A DNA stretch of 53,356 bases, filler included, from Sluysia triapertura (Eukaryota), in NCBI GenBank assembly GCA_046118255.1. It is 3 parts of 3 records of this genome, joined end to end, with 100 filler letters (N's around TTAATTAATTAA, not from the genome) between each part and the next. Parts side by side here need not be neighbours in the genome. Positions count along the whole stretch, not along the records: positions 27,522 to 40,023 come from JBJNIA010103322.1; positions 40,124 to 53,356 come from JBJNIA010051117.1; 1 more part is not named here. One strand, given 5' to 3'. The notes under the pieces were generated by a model. It was not told the origin of the DNA. It ran no database searches and saw only the letters and a list, made by a program, of their open reading frames with translations. Position 1 is the first letter of the stretch. Each line of letters begins with the position of its first letter. A program made the position numbers and the translations under genes. Shown one piece after another: positions 37,130 through 47,830 of the stretch.

Positions 37130-37769
37130 TAATTTATTTAAAAAGACTATTATTAATATTATTACAAACTTTCTTCAATATAAGACATTATATTTATGCA
37201 CGATAAACTAAATATTGAAATTAATTATTATTATTGTTCATAAAAACCTTCAATTGATAAAACAAAACTAAATAAAAAATAAAACAGTTTAGGAAATTGA
37301 AAAATTGCAAAAGGTAAGAAAAATGAAAATATCCGGTGATAATGGCAATATGGGACAACGATTACTGTATTAAAATGTTAATAAAACGAATTTTATTATG
37401 CATCTGTATTTTATTGGTGATGAAGGATGTGATAATGCAGATATTATTAATGAATTTTATTTTAATGTGATTATTGTGATGAGGCTTATGTAAGTGGTTA
37501 TTGTGGTATATGTTATAGGTATAATTTTGCGGGTTGGGCCACCACAATTATAAAATAAAATAAAAATAAATTTTTCGAAGATATATTAACGATCAGGTTA
37601 AACATTAATTTTGAATATATTTTTAAAAGATTATAAGATATAATTCTTAGACGACTATTGTGTTCTGTTACTTATTCATAGATATCACAAAAAAGTCTGC
37701 AATTCTTTGACAATCGCATAAAAACAATTTATATAGTTTCAATTTAAATATAAAATATTCGAAAGAATA

Positions 37770-37975
37770 AATATCTTGTAATAAATCTAAATATTCCCGC
37801 ATAATAGATCGTTTAAGATCTTATATAAATTGATAAAGATTATAATCTCGCTGAATTTAGCGGACAATAAATCTAAATTTTCTTTGACCTCCATTACGTA
37901 CAACCATATTCTTACGCTGACACATGTGTATCAACCCTTCAGTGTGTAAGCCGGTATCATAGAGGACTCGCATAA
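37770..37975 (-). repeat. Dispersed family C, copy C3
   Basis: The minus frame reads YDTGLHTEGLIHMCQRKNMVVRNGGQRKFRFIVR*IQRDYNLYQFI*DLKRS. DNA matches 19090-19262. Confidence 0.75.
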
Positions 37976-38299
37976 ACATGAATAATAAACAAATAGACAA
38001 ATAAAAATTAAAGTTTTTAAATCAAATTCGCTTATGCATATGTAAACAACCAAATTATATAGTTTTAAAAGTCAATTAACTTCCTATTGATAATAACGAT
38101 CAAATAATAAACTAAAACTTAATTTATAGATCCTTATACATTGGATCAATTATAAAATACATTATTTAATCTCACTAAATCAGTGGAAATTCAATAGTGA
38201 ATTCTTTTATTGTATTTGATCTTCTAAGAGCTTGCATTAATATCCATGAATTGGCCCTTAAGTTGTAAACCACATATCATAGTTGTAAATTTCTTACAC

Positions 38300-38960
38300 A
38301 AATATCACACCATTCCATAATGGCATAGATCGTTTTTCACTAGAATACTTTCATATATCACTTTTTAAGCCTAATTTAAACCCTAATATATTAAAATGTG
38401 AAATTTATGAGCTTTTTGTTATTCATGTGCCGTATTTTAAAGAAATTATTCATCATTAATAGCGAATAATTAAAGAATTATACAAAAGATCATAACCAAA
38501 TGGATTTATAAAAATATAAAATACCATCCTGTACTCTATCAAAGTGACCTATATAGCTTTGAGAAGTAGCAAGAACGAGTTACTTTTATTCATCTACCAT
38601 AAATTACGATGATGAACAACACCAACATCGTTTACGTAGCAGTTCATGTAGCTCCTCATTGCCGAGGCAAACATCAAATCATATAGGCGCATTTTTCTCC
38701 ATATCACAAAATATTCCATTCAGTGAAAAAGATAATAACACATATTTGAATGAAAACTTCCTAACTTCCATATATGGCTTAAAAGAAGATGACTTGAAAG
38801 AAGCCAAGAATATATCCAGATCCTCCAATACTAGCTTATCTCTGATCATTTAAACATTTCAAATTCCATGCGGTTGGCTGCGAGGAGTGATTAATCTTAT
38901 GTGCACCAATATTGATTCATTGATATTTTTAATCCGGTAATCCTTTTTCACCAAGTACCT
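38300..38960 (+). pseudogene. Family D, copy D2
   Basis: PFHNGIDRF...NPNILKCE, SEKDN, NFLTSIYGLKEDDLKEAKN and FQIPCGWLRGVINLMCTN are collinear with D1. Confidence 0.75.
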
Positions 38961-39247
38961 CTTGTATTGAACAAGCTCATGACCTTATCGTATTATTCTA
39001 TATGATTAATACCACAAATTATACATTCTTACAGAAAATTGTAAAATGTTTATCTATCCGTGACAATACTTGTATCTACCGTTATTCACCACCATTAAAA
39101 TTTCCAGCTATTATACCTTTCTAAACAGACGATTCATGCAATAAATTTATTTTAGTAAACTTAACTTTAGGACATAAACATACCATGAATAAACATACCA
39201 GTAAATAATACAAATTCACACACAAAACACACAATCTCCAATAAAAA

Positions 39248-40021
39248 CTACAAAAGCCCAACTATGGATATAGGAGGTTGTGGTTTTATTCGTTTACAAG
39301 AATTTGAATTTATCGTTTTGTGTTTAGTTTCAATATGTAACAATTTATTATTGTATTCGTTAAGTATAGCTTGGTTGTTATGTGTCATGTGCTTAAGGCA
39401 CTTAACTTTTTTTACTTTTAATTTTCTAACACGTAATTCAATATAAGATACAAAACTTTTATTAAAAACATTTTTAAATACATCTACCATTAGTGGCATA
39501 TTAATATCATAATATTCATAACGTACTAGAATATCGTGGCACACCAAAATTCTGATTGAGAGAGGGTGAGGTTCGAGATACAAAAATTTAGCCATATCCT
39601 TGTCCAATTCGTAAACGATGCCGTGTTGAACAAGAACATTCTCGGTGTAAGGCGGCGGTATAATTCGATGGTCTGAGAACGAGGAAAAACAGCAGTAACC
39701 GTTGTAACATCTAATAACGTCAAGATCTACCTCACTATGTTTCTTCAGTTGGTGCATAGTCGTCATTAGGCAGTGACATCTTCTAACATGTGAGTAGGAA
39801 CACGATGTGATGTCACCACCATTAGGCGAGAGGCACTTGACCATCATTTCATAGTGATGCATATGACCATAGTAGTTTAAGTTGTTTTTAAAATGTCTAT
39901 GTAGCATATCTTTGAGATCTTTAAATTTAACAGAAGGTAACACATGTTTAAACTCTTTAAACTCTACGTGATATAGAACATAATCAATATCGTTTAATTT
40001 AAAATGAGATACAATGTCTGT
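39248..40021 (-). CDS. 3' part of an unknown Cys/His-rich protein; the frame stays open to the contig edge (at least 257 codons)
   Basis: Upstream of the called GTG start the frame continues stop-free (TDIVSHFKLNDIDYVLYHVEFKEFKH) to the linker. No introns, and the core is GC-richer than the flanks. Confidence 0.6.
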   Translation of the reverse strand, partial: TDIVSHFKLNDIDYVLYHVEFKEFKHVLPSVKFKDLKDMLHRHFKNNLNYYGHMHHYEMMVKCLSPNGGDITSCSYSHVRRCHCLMTTMHQLKKHSEVDLDVIRCYNGYCCFSSFSDHRIIPPPYTENVLVQHGIVYELDKDMAKFLYLEPHPLSIRILVCHDILVRYEYYDINMPLMVDVFKNVFNKSFVSYIELRVRKLKVKKVKCLKHMTHNNQAILNEYNNKLLHIETKHKTINSNSCKRIKPQPPISIVGLL

Positions 40022-40023
40022 AA

Positions 40024-40123
40024 NNNNNNNNNNNNNNNNNNNNNNNNNNNNNNNNNNNNNNNNNNNNTTAATTAATTAANNNNNNNNNNNNNNNNNNNNN
40101 NNNNNNNNNNNNNNNNNNNNNNN
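40024..40123. other. Artificial contig linker (44N-TTAATTAATTAA-44N)
   Basis: Same 100-bp structure as 27422-27521. Confidence 0.95.
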
Positions 40124-40689
40124 ATATAGGAAATGTAAAATATACTCAAAATCATTTCATCTTTCGTGTAAGACCTTAATACGGCTTGCATAATATAATT
40201 TTAAATTCATATGAAAAAAATTGAGTTTTTTATTAACTTGATGATTCATATTATAAAGGAATTTTATCAGTTTATTATTTTTATAATTAAAATTAATTAA
40301 ATTAAGGGTATTATTTTATTATTATTTTAATTGAAATTAATAAAATTATTTGAAATTATTTAAAATTGTTAAGTAAAAATATTTATTAAAAAATTTGAGT
40401 GAAAAAAATTTATTGCTATTTAAGAATTATAAACAAATAATAATATTCTTTAAATCTATGATTAATATTTACACTGCTTAGTTACGGCAGAATATAGATA
40501 CAAATTTTATTTCGATATATCTCAATAGTTATTTTGTATAGCAAAAGAGAAGGAAATTTTAATCATTTACTTGGTTTAACGTTTTATTTAGGAAGAATAA
40601 ATAATTCCTGATCACGGTCGATGGCTAATTAATTGAAGAATTACTGAAACTAATTTAATATTTTGTAAATCATTAGTTTTTATCATAAT

Positions 40690-40775
40690 TTTATTATTTT
40701 TTGTAATAAAATTATAAAACAAGTTTAAAAATCCCCTTAAACTTGTTTTATAATTTTATTGCAAAAAATAATAAA
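40690..40775. repeat. Near-perfect inverted repeat (39-bp arms, 8-nt loop)
   Basis: 40690-40728 versus 40737-40775, with one T/G non-Watson-Crick position. Loop aaatcccc. Confidence 0.95.
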
Positions 40776-40999
40776 CAACTAAATTTATTTATTCACTAAG
40801 TTATTACACTTCATTAAGAGATATAGACACAAGTCAATCAACTTAAATAAAAATATTCTTGTAGATTTAAGATGCTTAAATTGGTTAACAATTTTAAGTT
40901 ATATAATAAAGAGTTTACAAAATATGTTTCTAATCTATGTTTCAAAATTTTTTACTTATAGTTCGAATTTTATGTAATTAAAGAAAAACTGTTGATTCA

Positions 41000-42364
41000 A
41001 AAATTTATAATAAAAAGAATAAGATATATGAAAAGAAATTTTATTATATATAAAATATCCAAAATTTACATTACTAAATGCAAGAATAGTGTTCTCTACA
41101 TTGTCATTTACCCATGTTTCCCTACCTAAACCAAAAGTAACGGTTAAATCATCATCAGAATAAAAATAGATAAAATTTACGTTATTGTTGTAACTAAAGT
41201 CGTTGCTATTCGCTGGAGTTTGAATACCAATAGCTTGTAGTAGATCTTTCACTTTGAGTAGGTGATCCGAATGAGAATGATCGGGACTTGTACTCATCAT
41301 TTGACCAATCGTATGGACATACAGACAATCGTTGTAAATCTTGTGCAGATACAATCGAGGTCGCTTCCGTATGGGCACAGCGCCAACCCGACAAATTGTC
41401 TTGAATTTGGTTTTATTATAGTATTTATATACTTTTTAATTTCTGAATTTTTTTCACATGAGACAAACATTTAATCGACATATGATATTTGTTAAAACGC
41501 GTGGGAGAATTACTTTTTGACTGTACGTTTACTTGAAAATCATTATGGTGTAAACTGTTAACATTATTCTCATCATTTGCTTTACTTTCTAATGTGTAAT
41601 ATTTGTTGTCTAAGGTATAATCATTTACATTGATCGTAGTAGTGACTGAAACGAGAACTAATATTCGTTTATTTTGAGATAAAATGTAATCATCATTACT
41701 ATTTACAATAGATTTCGAATTCATTGATTCATCATCATCATTAAAGTCTTCGAATGAACTATCATAAGTTTTATTCATGTCTACATTGAAATCAATTAAA
41801 TTATTTGGTATCATATCTAAGCCAGATAATTTTAGTGCATCCGAATTAACCTATTTATCTAACAAAGGTGATCTTGTATACAGTTTAAAATATAAATCTT
41901 CAATCAATTTTAATAATCCGCAACATGCTTCAAACAGTTCAAGATCTCTTAGAAATGAATTCTTAGAATAAAAATGATTCGAAAATTTCGTGTCAAATTT
42001 TAATGATTCAATATAACGATTTAATGTTGATTCATTGATAGCATGCCAAATCCAAATTCTACTGTAACCAATATCTGTAACAGGATCATTATCATCATGC
42101 AGGTATTCAAAAAAAACTTTCGAAATTATTTCTTTCATGACTGTCCAAAATTCATGATCAAAAACCAGCTTGGGCTATTAAGCTTTCTGAAAACAGAGGT
42201 TTATATCTAAGTTGTTGATAAAGAAATATTAATTCTATGCAAGAACAGAAATTAAATGAATAAATAAAATCCGAAATTTCTTGACGGTTTCTACCTTCTT
42301 TATACATTAATATAGCTTGTCTAGATCTTTTCAAATATTATATAATTAACTCTTTTTCAAGCAT
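41000..42364 (-). pseudogene. PLEKHM1: PLEKHM1-like (RUN domain, acidic linker, possible PH remnant) pseudogene
   Basis: ATG at 42364. FCSCIELIFLY / EFWTVMK / TDIGYSRIWIWHAINESTLNRYI / FYSKNSFLRD / YTRSPLLDK*VNSDALKLSGL follow the PLEKHM1 RUN domain. Lesions: TAA at codon 9, a +1 frameshift in a T run near 42160-42164, and TAG at 41851-41853. Confidence 0.75.
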
Positions 42365-42534
42365 TTAAATTAACTTTTTAAATTTTTTTAACATGAATTA
42401 AAATTTTATTTTGTACTGATGTTGATTAATTATTATTATACGTTTTTCCAAATATATAGTTAAAAAATTACATAATTTTTATTTCCTTTTGTCTAAAATC
42501 ACTAAATTTGTTTTATGCATAAATTAATTAAGTA

Positions 42535-42850
42535 GGATAGTTTTATCCAACCATAGTGGTTTATTCAGTTAGGTGTGATAATAATTCTGAATAACTGTGT
42601 GTGTACTTAATTTTATTAATCTGAGTACACATAGTAAGTCATGTTAAGTCATGATAAGTAGAGAAACTGTTGATTGGGCAGTCAACCTAAGTGCAACTTA
42701 ATAACCGAATTTGATTGACTGTCCAATCATAAAAGCAAAATTTATGTACATTATCAATTAATATGCTTGTCACCATTAAGCCCAAAATCTGTCAAGGTAA
42801 TGATTAAAAATGGTGACAAGCAATTGTGATTAGTAATGATAAGTAGTCAC
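42535..42850 (+). ncRNA. Candidate structured RNA or cis-element (six stem-loops)
   Basis: Stems: 42535-39/42544-48; 42561-68/42587-94; 42598-609/42622-33; 42671-85/42715-29; 42764-77/42809-22; 42826-32/42844-50. The non-Watson-Crick pairs in these stems are G-U on the plus strand. Confidence 0.45.
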
Positions 42851-42999
42851 TACGAAGTGCGGCTGTTTGATTAACTATGAGTTGTAAAATTGACAATAAT
42901 AATAATAATGAAAAAATAAAATGATGATAGTAATAATAATAACAAGAATGTTATTACTAAATGGATAAATCCTTTTGAAAGCTGAAAACATAATCTTCT

Positions 43000-43800
43000 A
43001 ATTCTTCTATTTTTTCTAAACATATTTGAAGTTTTAAATTTATTTGATGTTCTTAGTGTGGATTTAAAGAATTGCGAACTTATAAAGTTTTAGTGTACCT
43101 GCACAACTTATCTTATAGTTCTAAAGTTAAGAGTTTGAATGTTGGAAGCTTATGATTTAAATATTTTAGAATAATATGAGAGTTTTATGTGAATTTCCAA
43201 ATAAATATTCATGTTTTGAATGAAAGTGATGTTTGGATGTTAAAAGATTGTGAATTGTTGAAAAAGAGTAGTTTAGTGGATGTGAATAAGATAGATCATA
43301 AGCTGTGTTTTGGTACGTTGAAAAGATGGTTGTACAATGTTGAAAATGTGATTTATTTTCTTGATAATTTTAAGAAATAATGTCTTCCTGTGATGTTAGA
43401 GATTAAGTGATAAAGAATTATGAATCTGGAATGTTTGAATTGATTTATAAATGTCTAGTAGTTAATTTCGGTTGTGGTTGAAATTGGATTGTTAAGAAAT
43501 GAAGGATAAAGTGTTTTAGATGAATTTTTAATGTAAAATGATGGTTTTGAATATAATTGTGGTTTGAATGTTGTAAGAATATGGATTTAAAATTTTTGAT
43601 ATGAGGAAATTGATTTTAATGGATGAAAAGAATAAAATATAAAAACGGTTTTAATAAATTCTAAAAGATTGTTGTGTAGTGTTAAGGAATGTGATTTTGA
43701 TATTATTGACATGGAACTATGTATAAAATGTTTTTAAGGGATTTTAAAATGTATATTGTATATTTTGAAAGTTTATGTGGTTTTGTAATGTTCAAAAAAA
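43000..43800. repeat. Dispersed family E (G/T-skewed tract), longest copy
   Basis: Shares short blocks with 27860-28320, and more weakly with 17600-17800 and 34600-34920. Confidence 0.5.
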
Positions 43801-44741
43801 ATTTAATAAAATTTGTCAAAAGTAATAGGTTGGCCACAACATATTTAATAAAAGCATTTAAAATTTTAAAGGTTATGGAATGCCTAATATATTGATGTTT
43901 AAAGATCTTTGCTATGCTATATTTGATTTAGCAAAGGTATTACTCTGAACACTCCATTTTCGCTTTAAAAAATAAAATGTAACACTATGTTATTACCAAC
44001 TTTATTACAAGTAGAAAAATGTAACAGCAAATTTATTCACCAGGGTTATTCGCAATAATTAGTTAAACATCTTATTTCCATTACTCGGTACTTAATTTAT
44101 CTTCCAGAAACCTAAAAATATTATCAAAATTCCCCAAATTTTCATTCAAAGCAAACATTAATCAATTACGGTAAATCTCAATGTCTAGCTCAACATTTAG
44201 TAAACACTTTTCATCTCAAATCAAAATAAAAAGTCATAAATATCCAAGTCATCTTTAATACAGTATCTTATAACAATAAACATTATTGCGTAAATTTATC
44301 GTTTTCAATCAACCTCAACAGATTCAATCTTCCTAAGAATTAAGAAAACCGTAATTAGTTCAGCTAAATATCCATCTAAGGTAAGTTAATTTATGCAAGA
44401 TCGGGTAATGAGCTCATAATTAAAGAAACTATGTAATTTTTTTCTCTTTAATTTTTTGTGATTTGTTTTCAAAGATAACTCTCGAGTTCACAGGTTCACA
44501 TCAATATTCTGTAAGTAGCTCCTGTTCGTAAATACAAAATTGATAGAAACAAATAGATATATTGGTTTTGAAGATCTTTAAGTTCAGAATTATAGCGAAG
44601 TTTAAATCTACTTTTCACAATCATAAACATTTCATCACAAATCAACACTTAATACATTCAAAACATAATTTATAATTACCATAAATTTACAATTATTTTT
44701 ATCACAGTAATAATTACTCATAATAATTTTAGTATTACCGC

Positions 44742-44742
<1 letters not shown>

Positions 44743-44789
<47 letters not shown>
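44743..44789. repeat. (AAT)n microsatellite
   Basis: Read directly from the sequence. Confidence 0.95.
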
Positions 44790-45179
44790 CGCCATAATAA
44801 TACTAAACCGTTATAATAATTCTGTTATCGTTCTAATTTTCTAATTATTGTTACAATTTCTTTTAATGTTTTCTTTTGCATGTATGTACGCATGTTTATA
44901 TTTTTTTGTATGTATGTTAATATGTTTTGTCAATAACACGTTTATTAGATTTTTCACTAACCAATAAAGATGTGGCAATGAACCAGTTCTAATAGATGAT
45001 ATTGTGATGATGATTAACAAAATTGTGGAATTATTTTCAATTTTTTTATTTATCAATCTTTTCAACATGATACAATAAATCCAAATGAACGAATTTGTTG
45101 CCTTATTCGAAAAGGCAACAATAAATAAATAAGAACAATCAATTACAACGACCAATCAAATTGATTTATACTGTGCAAT

Positions 45180-45830
45180 TTTGAAATTACTCACTGGTAT
45201 TACGTACAACTTAATATGAATTAATAATGACAATAAACAATTAACTAAAATAATATCACCGAAAATTACTGAACTACTGACATGTTTATATCGATAATTC
45301 GTCAACCTTATACGACCCATACAAACCACTGTTTAGTTCCCGGTGTCCGTATCTATTCCAGTAATGCCGTTTCCGCCTTACGTAAATGATTCGTTTGTGA
45401 TAGTTATTTTTACTTTTTTTACCACTGCTAATATAATTGGTTGCATAACACTGTACTGTTTTATAGTTAAGTCAGCTGTATTAGAAAAACAGAAAGACAC
45501 TAAATGGTATATTCGTATATTTGGTGTAATTTGGTTAGATAATTGGTTGTCATGGTTTTTGTTTTGCATGACTATTCTATTTGATGTATTTTGATAGAAT
45601 TTTGGTATATTATAAGTATTATAAGTATGTATCTTATTCTTTTTCATTCACATGTGAGGCTTTCTTAGTATTTACATTTTTCAATAGTTTTAAAATAGCA
45701 GGTATTGTTTCTGGTACCTTGTTATCCCTCAAAAAGAAGATTCATTAACAGAATGATATTATTGTGTATTATATTTATCATCACAAGTCAGTCTCTTTGT
45801 AGCATTTTCATGTATTCAGTTGGGAACAAA
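45180..45830 (+). pseudogene. ABCA-subfamily transporter pseudogene, copy 1 (first transmembrane domain)
   Basis: MPFPPYVNDSF...IVKSAVLEKQKDTKWYIRIFGVIWLDNWLSWF and YSFSFTCEAFLVFTFFNSFKIAGIVSG match ABCA motifs (PYPPY..D.F; IV.EKE..LKE.M..MGL....W.SWF; FL.STFFS....A). In-frame stops occur upstream and within. Confidence 0.82.
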
Positions 45831-45977
45831 CGACACCTTGTGTACAATATAAGTTATTCACAAACTTCATAATTCCTGAAATTATAAAAATTATAATAAA
45901 TATTAAAAAATTAATAATTAAAAAGTGTTAGGCAAAAAATTAAAAAATCGATTTATTCTAGTAAACTATTTTATGAT

Positions 45978-47830
45978 GTGAAAACTAATACTTATAATCC
46001 AATTTTATTACGCTTTCGGTTGCCAGAAAAATATTTCGATCATTTAATACATTACAAAAACAATGATAGAAGCAAAGGTAGTTTTCTAAAATCAGATCAT
46101 GAGGTATTATTACAAGAATATGTATATTCTTATTTTATCCGATTATCCGTTGCATATGTAATATTAATGATTTTAGTTCTTGAACGTGAGGGAATTATAA
46201 GAATTTATTGCTATATATCCAGCGAAGTTAAAATTGGTAATGAAGAAGTTGTGCGAAAAATGCACCCAAGTCCGTATTTGTGTATTTAATTTTACGTATA
46301 ACTTTATCATGCGTGTTCTTCATTTATTTGTTTTATAATAAAAAAATTTTGTTGAATTTGGTTAATTTCTTGATATCAAAAATTTTAATTGTTATTAAAG
46401 GTCATAAGCATAACTTGTTTATGAAATCTGTTAATTTAAATATTAGAGTTTCAGATAAAATTTCTTTAAATTCATTGTTATTAAATTTTACATAGTGTTA
46501 AACAATTATAAGTCCTCATTAGAAGAACATTTATACTGTTGTGTGTATACTAATAATATTTTACTTTTCAATACCAATAAAAGATTTCAGAATGTCAGAA
46601 ATAGCTTGCTGATTTAATGGTAAAGAATAATAAAAAAATTAACAATATGTGTATGTATTTGTTATGGTTTGATGTGTTTCTGTACGGATGCGTCTTTTAT
46701 AATATATACGTCATTTTTTATTGTATGTATGTCGTTTTTATGAAATACACAACTGAATAATGCTGAGAAAAAGTATCGAGCTAAAAGTAAATTTTTGTTA
46801 TGTCAAGAATTGAATGCGCCCGCACACATACGGTGATTGTTTAGTTGTTTGTATGCCAATTTTTTTCCTGAATTGAATGAGAATTATTTTGCATAACGGC
46901 AGAACCAGTATAAATAAATTGTTTTGTTGAAATTACAAAAAAATAGTTAAAACAATTTATGGTGGTAAAAGAAAAAAATATAAAGATATATTTTTATGTA
47001 ATAAACAAAACAAAAAAATAAAACAATACACCTAATCCGCAAATGGATAAGTTTATTCGCAAAATCAATATGAACGCACTAATTCGGAAACAAATAACGT
47101 GAGTTGATAATAACCATCAGCAGTTTTCGAAAGTATTTGGAGTTCTATTAATGAAACTTGAACGATAAAACTAAAAATACTAGGTACCGTTACACTTATA
47201 CGTGACTTTGTATTGAGAATGGTATTGAGACTGAAGCTTTAGTCCATGCTAATGGAACGATGAAAGCTATAGATAATATAAAGACAGTGATCAAAGAAGC
47301 ATGTGTTTCCACTATTGATGTTCTTGCGGTTGCGTCTGATTTGAAATTAATATTTCGCGAATTATCTGATGAATCAGTACCTAAAACTTACACGAATAAA
47401 TTATGCGAAACTTATTATCTTATTTAACTTATCTAACATCGATGAATGCAGAAGACGTTAAAACTGTTTCGGGGAAGTCATTTTCAGGAATCTATAGATG
47501 AATTTTCACCGGATATTATTAATTTCTTAGATATTTTAGATCACATAATTATTTTTGTGAAAGGTAGTGGATCGATACATTATGCTAAAATTCCAAGTCA
47601 CACGTGGAATTTTGTTTCCAAAAATTGCAAATCTATTACAGCCACTTGTTTAAATACCATAGAACAAATAAAGACAGTAAAAAGAAATTTCGCTAAAGTT
47701 AGAGAATTAATAAAGATGGAATTAATCGAAAAACATCTTTGTAATTATATATCTCATAATGTATCAGGTGACAGCAGTCATGTGTCAGTTTGTGCCGTGG
47801 AAGTTCATTTGTGTTCAGAAACCACATAAT
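45978..47830 (+). pseudogene. ABCA-subfamily transporter pseudogene, copy 2 (ECD end, TMD1, degenerate NBD1)
   Basis: Collinear remnants: VLLQEYVYSYFIRL, VRKMHPSPY, LLWFDVFLYG (~46660-46690), PIFFP, GIETEALVHANGTMKAIDNI (NBD start), TWNFVSKNCKSIT and LCNYISHNV. Walker A and the signature motif are not recognisable. Confidence 0.6.

Noticed and set aside
41851-41853. Stop-codon readthrough, A-to-I recoding of UAG to Trp, or a variant genetic code
   Set aside because: The same gene has another premature stop and a frameshift, and ELP5/UGGT read normally in the standard code. Simple pseudogenisation explains it.
42655-42870. RNase P/MRP RNA (ACGAAGTGCGGCTGT resembles CR-V)
   Set aside because: No convincing CR-I partner to form the P4 helix.
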